The notes: generated by a model not told the origin, from the sequence alone. DNA of 35,960 bases from an uncultured Gammaproteobacteria bacterium (GCA_964613135.1 CAZTHI010000003.1:1-35960), one strand, 5' to 3'. Positions 8,301-16,148 are shown, counted from the first letter of the stretch. Made by a program: numbers and translations.

Positions 8301-8909
8301 CAGGCTTCACAACTCGCCGACCGGATTGAGAAATTCGTCAAGGGCAGCTTTATGGGTATTTTTGATCAGCCCTCCAACGTCAATATTAAAAACCCCTTTA
8401 CCGTTTTTTCCATCCGCGATCTGGAAGAAACACTCCGGCCGATTGCCATGTTTATCATTTTGGATTATATTTGGACGAAAATCCGCCGCGAAATGAAAAA
8501 AAGAATTTTGCTCGTGGACGAAGCCTGGTACCTGATGAAATATCCGGACTCGGCCAGCTTTATGTATTCGATTGCCAAACGGGCGCGTAAATATTATTTG
8601 GGCCTCACTACCATCACCCAGGACGTGGAGGATTTTTTGGGCACCGATTACGGCAAAGCGATTGTCAGCAACTCGTCGTTACAAATTTTAATGAAGCAAT
8701 CTTCGGCTTCCATTGATAAAGTGGCGGAAACCTTCTATCTTTCCGAGGGCGAAAAACAGCTGTTGCTTTCCGCAGACGTGGGCGAGGGCTTATTTTTTGC
8801 CGGCCAAAATCATGTCGCTCTCCGCGTGGTCGCTTCGCCCGAAGAGCACCGCCTGGTGACCACTAAACCTTCGGAGATTTTAGCCCAAGCCCAAAACCGG
8901 CCAATCTAA
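5325..8909 (+). CDS. VirB4/PrgJ-like type IV secretion ATPase interrupted by an intein
   Basis: VirB4-like N-domain (FRTLFVAGYPRFV), Walker A GKAGSGK|S split by an insert, Walker B RILLVDEAWYL, and ITQDVEDF. 1194 aa; 593 aa after excision. Confidence 0.85.
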   Translation: MNLPFTSPKPLPPTSPNAQLAKGLVDIQDVIAPPAIEVDFDFLRIGNKYFRTLFVAGYPRFVSANWLAPLINFDHTLEIAMYIYPIEGRGVLDDLRRKTAEMEAEMQIDLERGRMVDPGTKAKLEDAQKLQEQLIKGVERFFQFGLYVTIPADSLQELNQISKQVAATLGSLLIVAKHATLQMEDGFKTTIPTCTDKLMITRNMDTTSLATTFPFTSSELTANEGILYGINEHNDSLIVFDRFTLENANSVIFGKAGSGKSIYRDCPILFDDGQGPRIGKIGPLVEGLIAKNGASKIEEGIEGVINPELKVFTFDQNLKGKWASVTVAARKRFSPRNRLYQITTQSGREITVTADHNLVVLRHGKIRVMRSEAVKTGERIPLSRVLPAPETWPGQINPKDLVDQWPDFLPQQIPLNKEILSLLGLITSEGYLGPQQLSVYNEVPLVHKAIISGAKILGAKIKPIFKNRGKNIKGFYLQPAWFKKLFIALGAGGKSGEKRVPPVIFSLSNKQVANYLRAYFEGDGETGSNGEVGATSKSKELVSDLTYLLLRFGIVARIRKKWKRATNTNHQGDYYYQLVISGQDNLLSFIKNVGFLNAQKNRRVEKFIKRATNTNVDTIPALEPILKKLYRALFSASEIKAPAYFCELMRGEKTPSREILKQIIKDCEGRIQGLKENRQKIIFLKSLPDLKELYQRTTYHRKLNRLAWQNLGQSWRLMKNQAVSPGLVNVLRLYQTVDGQTIAVPEVKETIYQSFAVSGLSLRKFDDGLWDAVTQNKNGDTQYQKVILAIQYLNQKYRSIQLSLRHAEEKLSWLKLLANSDLFWDPIAKIERIKHQEKYVYDLMVNNEVFLAGLGGMFVHNSYLVKLEILRSLMFGTEIIVIDPEAEYKTLCEAVNGEYITFGFRSPAKINPFDLSAIYEEGENELNLKILGLHSLFKVIMGQLNPTEEAVLDRALILTYKMKGITPEPATQNREPPLMEDLYKALRGMEEPQASQLADRIEKFVKGSFMGIFDQPSNVNIKNPFTVFSIRDLEETLRPIAMFIILDYIWTKIRREMKKRILLVDEAWYLMKYPDSASFMYSIAKRARKYYLGLTTITQDVEDFLGTDYGKAIVSNSSLQILMKQSSASIDKVAETFYLSEGEKQLLLSADVGEGLFFAGQNHVALRVVASPEEHRLVTTKPSEILAQAQNRPI
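6105..7907 (+). mobile_element. 601-aa intein with a LAGLIDADG homing endonuclease domain, in the VirB4 P-loop
   Basis: Starts SIYRDCPILFDDG (block A). Has TADH (block B), LLGLITSEGY and YLRAYFEGDG (two LAGLIDADG motifs), and ends FVHN|S. Excision restores GKAGSGKSYLVK. Confidence 0.8.
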
Positions 8910-8910
8910 A

Positions 8911-10206
8911 ATGAATATCAGCTTAACCATTAAGAAAACAATCAAGAGATTTATTGGTAAGGTTGTCTCCAGATTTACCAAGCCCAAAAAACCACTTGCC
9001 CCCGAACCAGAAATCCCTTCTCCCCCTGTAACCATTCCTCAATTCGAAGCTCCGGGAATTCCCCCTACCCCTCAGGCTGTTTCTCAACCGGAACCACCTC
9101 AATTTCAATCCCCGTCACCTCAATCATCACCATCCCTGCTGTCTCCTCAAAACCCAATTATTTCTTTTTTTACTAGGCTAGGGAAAAGGATTATTGGAAG
9201 AGTCGCTGAACCCGGAGCTGAAAAAATCGCCATTGGTAAGCTTATCTCTAGGTTAACAAAGCCAAAAAAAGTAATCGTTCCTCCACTTGAAACCCCGAAA
9301 ATCGCCCCTGCCCCTCAGGCTGTCTCTCAGCCAGAGTCGTCTCGACCCCAACCGTTGCCATCTCAACCACAGCCTGAAAACCCCGTGGTTTCTATGGTTA
9401 CTTCGCTGGGGAAAATGGCGATCAGGAAAACAATTGAAGCCGGAACCAAAAAAATCGCCGTGGGTAAATTCCTCGGCGGGATGGCTGGCCGCGTGGCCAG
9501 CTTTTTACCAAAAGCCGCTGGAACAATGGGGGGTTTTTTATCCGGGCTAACCGCCGTTTCTTTGCCCGCCGCCCTTCCTTTAGTGGCTGTCATTGGAGCT
9601 ATCGTGGTTGTGGTTTTAGTCACGGTTATTACCATCATGGCTGTCGGGGGCGCTTTTCAAAAAGGTCACGGTGGACAAATTTCTAATTTAGGCAATCCGA
9701 TTGTTGCCCGGGCGCCGTCTCCTACCAGCCAGCTTGGGGAAACGGCTATCTGGACACTTAATCAATGTGGGATTGCTGCTGTTAATAAAGGCACCTGGGC
9801 CAGAACCGAAGTTTGTCTCCGCTCCAGTTCCTTACCAAATAAAGAAACAATTATCTCTCAATTTCACTTTTCTGTTTTTGAAGTCGGACCGGGCCTACAA
9901 TGTGTTGGCTTTGTCCGGGGAGTAATGGCCGCCTTAGGAAAAGATCCCGGTGGCGGTCGCGATGCCAAAGGCTACCTAAACCCGCCACCACCGGTCGGCT
10001 ATCAGCCAATAAATACCAATATGCAAAACGTTCAAGTTGGCGATTTAGTTATAATGAGAGGAAGTAACGATGGACATATCGCTATCGTTATCGAAAAAAA
10101 TGCCGATTCAATTAGAGTTGCCCAAGCCTGGGGGACCAACGGCGGCGCGATTCAGATTACTGAGATTAATCCGGTTTATTTTGACGGGTTTTTAAGACCA
10201 CAGTGA
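8911..10206 (+). CDS. membrane-anchored cell-wall hydrolase with a C-terminal CHAP-like domain (PrgK/VirB1 analogue)
   Basis: Pro-rich N-terminal region duplicated internally, a TM segment (LPLVAVIGAIVVVVLVTVITIMAV), then LQCVGFVRG ... GDLVIMRGSNDGHIAIVIEK as the Cys/His pair of CHAP. Confidence 0.6.
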   Translation: MNISLTIKKTIKRFIGKVVSRFTKPKKPLAPEPEIPSPPVTIPQFEAPGIPPTPQAVSQPEPPQFQSPSPQSSPSLLSPQNPIISFFTRLGKRIIGRVAEPGAEKIAIGKLISRLTKPKKVIVPPLETPKIAPAPQAVSQPESSRPQPLPSQPQPENPVVSMVTSLGKMAIRKTIEAGTKKIAVGKFLGGMAGRVASFLPKAAGTMGGFLSGLTAVSLPAALPLVAVIGAIVVVVLVTVITIMAVGGAFQKGHGGQISNLGNPIVARAPSPTSQLGETAIWTLNQCGIAAVNKGTWARTEVCLRSSSLPNKETIISQFHFSVFEVGPGLQCVGFVRGVMAALGKDPGGGRDAKGYLNPPPPVGYQPINTNMQNVQVGDLVIMRGSNDGHIAIVIEKNADSIRVAQAWGTNGGAIQITEINPVYFDGFLRPQ

Positions 10207-10616
10207 GAAGAATAAACGGCTTATTTATTTTGATTTTGATTTTAGCCGCCACGGCGAGCGGGTTAGTTTTTTGGCGCTTATTTTTATACCAGCCGCCGGC
10301 TCCGGCGGAAATTTCTGGCCCAACCCCAACCCCTGTCCAATTTATCTTGCCTTCACCAGCGCCTTTTCAGGAAGGCAAAGGAGAGTCTCCGACAGACCTT
10401 TTTCGTTCTCTTAAAGAACGATTTCCCTTGGCTGCCTTTTTGCCATACCAAACCGAAGCCTTCTCGATTGATTACACCGCTCCTTTATCTTTAAAAGTAG
10501 AAATTAGAGAGGCGAGTCAAGCGGCTCAAATTAAAAAAGACGTTTTGGAATGGATAAGTTCTCACGGAGTCGACCCGGCGACGCACCAAATCAGGTATCT
10601 TATTCCTGCACCCTGA
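10203..10616 (+). CDS. small membrane-anchored protein (positionally PrgL/VirB8-like; function unknown)
   Basis: GTG start overlaps the upstream stop (GTGA). N-terminal TM LFILILILAATASGLVFW. No motif recognised. Confidence 0.45.
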   Translation: MRRINGLFILILILAATASGLVFWRLFLYQPPAPAEISGPTPTPVQFILPSPAPFQEGKGESPTDLFRSLKERFPLAAFLPYQTEAFSIDYTAPLSLKVEIREASQAAQIKKDVLEWISSHGVDPATHQIRYLIPAP

Positions 10617-11727
10617 CCGGCATAATCAAATGCAGGGCCTCTTTTTCTTCGGCATTGGTAAAAACACCCGGCGCCAGCGGTCCGGTCATCTCAAAATTAA
10701 TGAGCTGGGCTTCGTTGGAATTTAAGAAATCCAAAAGATAGCGGGCATTAAAAGCGATACTGCCACCTTCACCTTCGGTCTTGATTTCGACTTCAATCGC
10801 GTTTTCCCCAACTTGCGCCGCATTGGCGCTGACTTGCAACTTTGAGCTTTGAACTTTGAACTTAATAATATTGGCTGATTCACGGGCAAAAATGGCCGCC
10901 GTCCGCACCGCTCCCAGCAAGCTGACTCTATCCAAGGTGATTTTCGTGGTCGCCTTCCCCGGTAAGATTTTTTCGTAATCGGGGAATTTCCCTTCAATCA
11001 AGCGGGTGACAATTTCCGCTTCGGGCGTGGAAAAAATCGCCTGATTGGCTTGCGGCGTAATCGTTAAGCCCAAAGTTTTACCTTCTTCCGCCTCGCCGAT
11101 AATTCTACCAACCTCCGCCAGGGTTCGGGAAGGAATCAGCAAACCGGCCGCCAACTCTTTAATTTCTTTGCCTTTTAAAGTGGTTTTAATTTTTTGAAAG
11201 CTCAAACGATAGCCATCGGTGGCCACCAAAGTCAGATCATCTTCTTCCAAACGGACCAAAACGCCGTTGAGTTGAGGCCGGCCTTCATCTTGGGCCGCCG
11301 CAAAAGCCACTTGACCAATCGCTTTAGAAAAAGCGTGGCTTTCCAAAGAAATTTCCGGCTCGGACGTGATCGTCGGCACACTGGGAAATTCACCGGCCGG
11401 CAAACAGACAAAACTGGCCTGGTAATTGCCGCAGCCTAAAGACAGCAAATTTTCTTTCAGCTCCAAATCGATTTTCCCGGCCGGTAAAGAAGCGACGTAT
11501 TCGTTGAAAATTTTGGCGGGAATGGAAGTCGCGCCTTCTTTTTCAATCTTGGCGCCCACCCAAAAATTAATGCCGGTTTCCAAATTGGTGGCGGAAAGTT
11601 TCAGTCGGCCTTTATCGGTGGCCAGTAAAATATTGGCTAAAATCGGTAATTGAGCTTTAGTGGTCACGGAGCGACTAACAATGGTAAGACCACGAACAAG
11701 GTTTTCTTGGAAAACGGAAAGTTTCAT
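10600..11727 (-). CDS. dnaN: DNA polymerase III beta sliding clamp
   Basis: 375 aa. MKLSVFQENL...LPILANILL...ATDGYRL...ALHLIMPVR are classic DnaN blocks. Lies downstream of dnaA. Confidence 0.95.
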   Translation of the reverse strand: MKLSVFQENLVRGLTIVSRSVTTKAQLPILANILLATDKGRLKLSATNLETGINFWVGAKIEKEGATSIPAKIFNEYVASLPAGKIDLELKENLLSLGCGNYQASFVCLPAGEFPSVPTITSEPEISLESHAFSKAIGQVAFAAAQDEGRPQLNGVLVRLEEDDLTLVATDGYRLSFQKIKTTLKGKEIKELAAGLLIPSRTLAEVGRIIGEAEEGKTLGLTITPQANQAIFSTPEAEIVTRLIEGKFPDYEKILPGKATTKITLDRVSLLGAVRTAAIFARESANIIKFKVQSSKLQVSANAAQVGENAIEVEIKTEGEGGSIAFNARYLLDFLNSNEAQLINFEMTGPLAPGVFTNAEEKEALHLIMPVRVQE

Positions 11728-11913
11728 AGGTTGATTGTATCCTCTCGTCTTTCATTTGTAAAGAGAAAACTAGTAGTTGTAGTAGAGTTGTGGATAAGTG
11801 GACACGGCTTGCCTTTTGATATCGGGTTTCGGGCTTTGTTTTTGTTCACAAGCCGGTTAAAAGTTTCCCAACAATTGTGGATAAGTGCACCAATCTTTGT
11901 GGAATAGCCTAAA
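11728..11913. promoter_or_regulatory. dnaA-dnaN intergenic region with a DnaA-box cluster (candidate oriC element)
   Basis: Perfect TGTGGATAA at 11789..11797 and 11876..11884. Near-matches TTGTTCACA at 11842..11850 and TGTGGAATA at 11897..11905. Confidence 0.5.
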
Positions 11914-13302
11914 TTATGCATAAAGTCGTTTTTTTATCTCCGCGATATCCACCCGCATATCCTCAGAGCTTGGGAGCAGCTTGGTGATTTTATCCACACC
12001 GTGCATGACGGTGGTGTGATCCCGGTCCCCCAACAGCTGGCCGATCTCCATCAACGGCGTGTTAAATTCGGTCCGTAAAAGATACATCAGGATTTGCCGG
12101 GGCACGACAATGATTTTATTTCTCTTGGGTCCGGTAAGATCGCCGACCTTGAGATTAAAATAAAAAGCGACACTCTTCACCATTTCTTTGGGCTTGACTA
12201 ATTTTTTCGGCAAACTGGCTTGGCTGGCTTGGCCCAATAAAGCTTGGACCAGCTCCGGAGAGATAGGAATATTTTTCATTTGAATCTCGCTGCTAAGTCT
12301 GGTTAAGAAACCTTCCATGCGCCGGATGGAGGTGATGTTGCCGGCAATGAGCTGGGCCACATCCATGGGCATTTTAATACCTCGCTGCTGGGCTTTAATC
12401 AGCAAAATGGCCGTTCGTAATTCAAAATCCGGTGGCTGAATATCAATCGTCAGGCCGCCCTCAAACCGGGATCTAAGACGGTCTTCCAATTTGCTGATTT
12501 CTTCCGGCCGGCGGTCGGAGGTTAGCACGATTTGGCCGCCGACGCGCAAGATCGCGTTAAAAGTGTGGAAAAACTCTTCCTGAATCTTTTCTTTACCGGC
12601 GATAAACTGGATATCGTCCACCATTAAAATTTTGGCGGTGCGGTATTTCTGCTTAAAATCATCAGTGGTTTTCTTGCGGATAGCATCCACGATTTCGTTG
12701 GTAAATTCTTCGCCGGTGCAGGAAATAATTTTGGTTCGGGGGTGGCGGCTCAAAACCGCGTTGCCGATTGCTTGCATTAAATGTGTTTTACCAACACCAA
12801 CACCACCGTATAGAAACAAGGGGTTGTAGGCCTTTCCAGGGGACTGCGCGACCGCTTGCGCCGCGGCATGGGCCATTTGGTTGGTGGAGGAAACGGCGAA
12901 GGTCTCAAAATTGAAATCCGGCCGCAGACCGATGCTTGCCACCGCCTCCTTGACCTCCGGTCTTTCCTCTATTCCCTCAAACAAGGGCTGTTCTTTTTGG
13001 CTCGCTTGCCCCACCGTAGCCTTGGCGAAGGGGGGCCTGCTACTTTGTTTGACCGTAAAAACCACGTCGTTTTTCATTCCCGTCGCCTGGTCCAAGGCGG
13101 TTTTAATTAAACCGTAGTAGCGGTTTTCAATGGTGTTGCGGGCAAAAAGATTGGGACAACCGATTTCCGTGATTTGCCGGTTGGCCGCAATCTTTTTAAA
13201 ACCGGTCACAAAAGTTTGGGGAAACCAAGTGGCGAAATTAGCCGAGGACAGGTTCAATTTTAAATTTTCTAAGACAGTTTGCCAAACTTTTTCTTTATCC
13301 AT
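11914..13302 (-). CDS. dnaA: chromosomal replication initiator DnaA
   Basis: GGVGVGKTHL Walker A, MVDDIQF, the LRSRF sensor, and the C-terminal DNA-binding block HTTVMHG. ATG at 13302 preferred over the TTG at 13326. Confidence 0.95.
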   Translation of the reverse strand: MDKEKVWQTVLENLKLNLSSANFATWFPQTFVTGFKKIAANRQITEIGCPNLFARNTIENRYYGLIKTALDQATGMKNDVVFTVKQSSRPPFAKATVGQASQKEQPLFEGIEERPEVKEAVASIGLRPDFNFETFAVSSTNQMAHAAAQAVAQSPGKAYNPLFLYGGVGVGKTHLMQAIGNAVLSRHPRTKIISCTGEEFTNEIVDAIRKKTTDDFKQKYRTAKILMVDDIQFIAGKEKIQEEFFHTFNAILRVGGQIVLTSDRRPEEISKLEDRLRSRFEGGLTIDIQPPDFELRTAILLIKAQQRGIKMPMDVAQLIAGNITSIRRMEGFLTRLSSEIQMKNIPISPELVQALLGQASQASLPKKLVKPKEMVKSVAFYFNLKVGDLTGPKRNKIIVVPRQILMYLLRTEFNTPLMEIGQLLGDRDHTTVMHGVDKITKLLPSSEDMRVDIAEIKKRLYA

Positions 13303-13335
13303 TGAAGGCGGGCGAGGTAAATTCAATCTAACAAC

Positions 13336-13353
13336 TTATCCACAATTTGTCAA
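13336..13353. repeat. 18-bp direct repeat TTATCCACAATTTGTCAA, copy 1 (DnaA box plus dnaA -35)
   Basis: Identical to 15267..15284. Minus strand reads TTGACA-N17-TAGATT upstream of dnaA, with the DnaA box in the spacer. Confidence 0.8.
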
Positions 13354-13375
13354 CTGGTAAAAAATCTTGTCTAAT

Positions 13376-13962
13376 TCAATCATTCGCCGGGTTCTTATTA
13401 ATCTTTCTTACGACAAACAATTCTCTATTTTCCACTGAATCAAAGGGAACGATTGTAATAGAGTATCCGGTTTGTTGGTATACCTCAATAATTCTGTCTC
13501 TAATCCTTTGACATTTCTCGTACGAACCAAACATGGCTGGACGTTCATTGGCGTGTTGACTAAAGGTATTTTCGTCTAATAAATCAAACACAAAAACAGT
13601 GTTGCCATAACGATGGTCTTTAATAATATCAATTAAGTCTGCAGATACGGGAACATCAAGTAATTCATGCAAGACGACCAAATCAGGTAATCCACGATCA
13701 AAAAAGGAAATATCGTATAATCGAGCATCAGAGTAATCAACCATAAAAAGTCTCTGGCTTTGACTAAGGAAATCTCTTAAATCCGAAAAAATTACTTCTA
13801 AGGGTAAACTGTGTAGGGAGACATCTATTCCGCCGCGTCTCCTTAATTGATCTACTTGTTGTTTAATTACTCTTACAACTGGCTCTTCAAATGTTTTAAA
13901 TCTTTTCCCCAGTTCTCGAATTGTAGTCGTTTTACCAGAACGCGGGGCACCGGTAATCCCAT
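13376..13962 (-). pseudogene. small P-loop ATPase (AAA_28/NadR-type predicted ATPase family), frame broken right after its ATG
   Basis: The frame reads ITGAPRSGKTT..FFDRGLPD..RYGNTVFVF..VPFDSVENR, but the only upstream ATG (13962..13960) is out of frame by one nt at a G3 run. An in-frame TAG lies at 13969..13967. Confidence 0.6.
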
Positions 13963-14771
13963 ATTTCTATGAATATTTGCAATTTCTTCTTGTTTGTCCA
14001 TTGAGCAAATTGTGATAAAAGTTGGCCCGGCTGAAGAAATAAAAGTGCAGATCGGACCATGGTGCTGCAAAGAAAGCACTAGGCTTTTATATTGTTCGCT
14101 AATTCCGGGGAACATATTATTGTACCCCTGCATTATTACTTCATCCGAGTCAACCTTTTCTATTGCCCTTCCTACAGTTTTAATATCTCTTGTCTCCATT
14201 GCTTCCCGAATTTCCTGAAATCTTTGAGCAAAAAAAGGTTGCATGTACTGAGCAGAATCCAAGATGTGTTGAAAAACAGCTTCAGCTTCCCTTGCCATTG
14301 CCCCCCCCTAGAGTCTGGTTTAGGGAAGTTAGGGTTGTCTTCGATTTCTTCTCCATAGTTTTGTGCTAAAAATAAAGGAAGAGCCTCTGTTTTTATTGGT
14401 TCACCAGCTAGTTTATTGATAGCTAAAGCGATGGCGGTAGCTAATGCTGCCGAAGAACCAGATCCTGTATGAGAATAAGGAAAATCGTTACTCGCCTCAA
14501 CATGGACACCCCCCCGATAGTTAATGCTTTTTCTAACAATTTCAGCAAAATGTCGAACCAGGCCCGGGCGTCTCACGCTGCTGCCAACAATTAGTTCGTT
14601 TCCTTCAATGGAATCGGCTTCTGCATGAGTCATCAAATCTACCCCCAAAGATATTTCTCCATAGTTAAATTGCCCCGTAGTTTCTCGTTTTACTAGAGCA
14701 ATAGGGTCTTTTATCAAACAATTTAATCTGCCGGGGACGCTTACACAAATATGGCGAAATCTTTTACCCAT
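13873..14771 (-). pseudogene. GHMP-kinase-like gene split by a frameshift at a G8 (C8 on plus strand) homopolymer
   Basis: The N-terminal ORF has PYSHTGSGSSAALATAIALA (GHMP motif II). The C-terminal ORF has SSAGPTFITI (motif III). The frames switch at C8, 14301..14308. Confidence 0.6.
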
Positions 14772-14817
14772 TTCTTTAGCACATCACCTTGATTAGTCTG
14801 TGGTCGCTCCGAGTTGT

Positions 14818-15213
14818 TCATGCCTTTGGGTTTTTGATGTTCTTAATATCGGTTTTTATGGCCTCTAGTATAAATTCTCTTCTCAAATCAAGATGTTCAA
14901 TTTCTTCCCGACTAAACCAACCTAGGCCCATACATTCCTTTTCGTTTAGCTTTAAACTTCCACCAACAGCCCTTCCTTTATATACTTTTACTTCTGTATC
15001 TTTCTCATCAAACCTAAATGTTTTAAGAAGATTATTTGCTTCAACCTCCAAGCCAGTTTCTTCTTCTGCTTCCCGGATCGCACCTTCTTCCGGCGATTCA
15101 CTGCCTCCCACTCTTCCGGCTGAAATAGTCCACCCTATATCGTTAGGCTTATTCTCCTGGACCAATAAGTATTTATCATTATGACTGATTAGAATAGCGG
15201 AGATGGTAATCAT
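14818..15213 (-). CDS. NUDIX hydrolase
   Basis: Nudix box GRVGGSESPEEGAIREAEEETGLEV. TGCTATAAT lies upstream. Confidence 0.85.
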   Translation of the reverse strand: MITISAILISHNDKYLLVQENKPNDIGWTISAGRVGGSESPEEGAIREAEEETGLEVEANNLLKTFRFDEKDTEVKVYKGRAVGGSLKLNEKECMGLGWFSREEIEHLDLRREFILEAIKTDIKNIKNPKA

Positions 15214-15266
15214 AAAAACCTAAGTTAAAGTCAAAACATTATAGCATAAATTAGGGATTTTTCTTT

Positions 15267-15284
15267 TTATCCACAATTTGTCAA
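15267..15284. repeat. 18-bp direct repeat TTATCCACAATTTGTCAA, copy 2 (DnaA box plus rpmH -35)
   Basis: Identical to 13336..13353. Confidence 0.8.
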
Positions 15285-15306
15285 GGAGAGAAAAGTCTGG
15301 TATTAT
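15278..15306 (+). promoter_or_regulatory. rpmH promoter TTGTCA-N17-TATTAT, 6 nt before the ATG (leaderless)
   Basis: Spacing counted directly. There is no SD between the -10 and the ATG at 15313. Confidence 0.5.
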
Positions 15307-15312
15307 TATGAT

Positions 15313-15450
15313 ATGCCGAAAAGAACCTGGCAACCGAAAAAATTAAAAAGAGTCAAAAGGCATGGCTTTTTGCGGCGCATGGACACCGCTAACGGCAGGA
15401 TGGTCATTAAAAGACGCAGGGCCCGCGGCCGCAAGCGACTCACCGTCTAA
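15313..15450 (+). CDS. rpmH: 50S ribosomal protein L34
   Basis: Manual translation gives [45 protein letters not shown] (45 aa). Too short for the ORF track. Confidence 0.95.
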   Translation: MPKRTWQPKKLKRVKRHGFLRRMDTANGRMVIKRRRARGRKRLTV

Positions 15451-15462
15451 AAACTCGAAGCA

Positions 15463-15570
15463 CGAAATTCGAAATTCTAAACAATATCAAAACTCAAATA
15501 TCAAATGTTTAAAATTTTGGATTTTGATGATTGGGATTTGTTTAGGATTTAGAAATTAGAATTTAGAGTT
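15463..15570 (+). repeat. long imperfect hairpin built from two heptamer-periodic arrays (rpmH-rnpA spacer)
   Basis: 5' arm: cgaaatt cgaaatt ctaaaca atatcaa aactcaa atatcaa. 3' arm: ttttgga ttttgat gattggg atttgtt taggatt tagaaat tagaatt tagagtt. Several paired blocks, for example 15472-15480 with 15556-15564. Confidence 0.7.
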
Positions 15571-15580
15571 TATCTTTTTT

Positions 15581-15940
15581 ATGCTTCCCAAACAATATCG
15601 GCTTTCCTTAAAAACTGAGTTGGCCCGGATTAAAAAAGATAACCGAATTTTTCCCGGTAATTTTTTCGGTTTGCTGGTGGCGCCGCAATTGTCGAAAACC
15701 AAAGACAGTTTTCCCCGCATTGCCTTTATTGTTTCCAAAAAAATTCATTTGAAGGCCAACCGCCGCAATCGGGTCCGCCGGCTGATGCGGGAAGCAGCCA
15801 GGGCTTTGCTGCCACAATTCCGGCCGGGGTGGGATTTTGTTTTTTTGGCCAAACGGACCATTTTGGGCAAGACTCTGGCGGAAGTTAAGGCGGAGACAGA
15901 AAGAATTTTAAATGAAAAAATTTACCCTTCGACTAATTAG
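15581..15940 (+). CDS. rnpA: ribonuclease P protein component
   Basis: 119 aa and basic, with [29 protein letters not shown]. Canonical position after rpmH. Confidence 0.9.
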   Translation: MLPKQYRLSLKTELARIKKDNRIFPGNFFGLLVAPQLSKTKDSFPRIAFIVSKKIHLKANRRNRVRRLMREAARALLPQFRPGWDFVFLAKRTILGKTLAEVKAETERILNEKIYPSTN

Positions 15941-16148
15941 ACTTTACCAAAAATCATTCTTGGTTCGTTCCTCAATTCTGAAGGCTCTTTTTCTTTCTGA
16001 TGCTGCCTGTCGTTTCCGGCCCACTTGCTCGGAATATACCTATCAGGCCATCGAAAGGTATGGTATAATGCGAGGAAGTTGGTTGGGATTAAGGCGGATC
16101 TCGAAGTGTCACCCATGGAGTCGAGGGAGGTTTGATCCTTTGAAATAA
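15912..16148 (+). CDS. yidD: membrane protein insertion efficiency factor YidD
   Basis: [19 protein letters not shown]...[11 protein letters not shown] is the YidD signature. Confidence 0.9.
   Translation: MKKFTLRLIRLYQKSFLVRSSILKALFLSDAACRFRPTCSEYTYQAIERYGIMRGSWLGLRRISKCHPWSRGRFDPLK

Noticed and set aside
15362-15559. 65-aa ORF overlapping rpmH and the spacer hairpin
   Set aside because: It is out of frame with the clear L34 coding sequence and runs through the heptamer arrays, so it is an artefact of low-complexity sequence.
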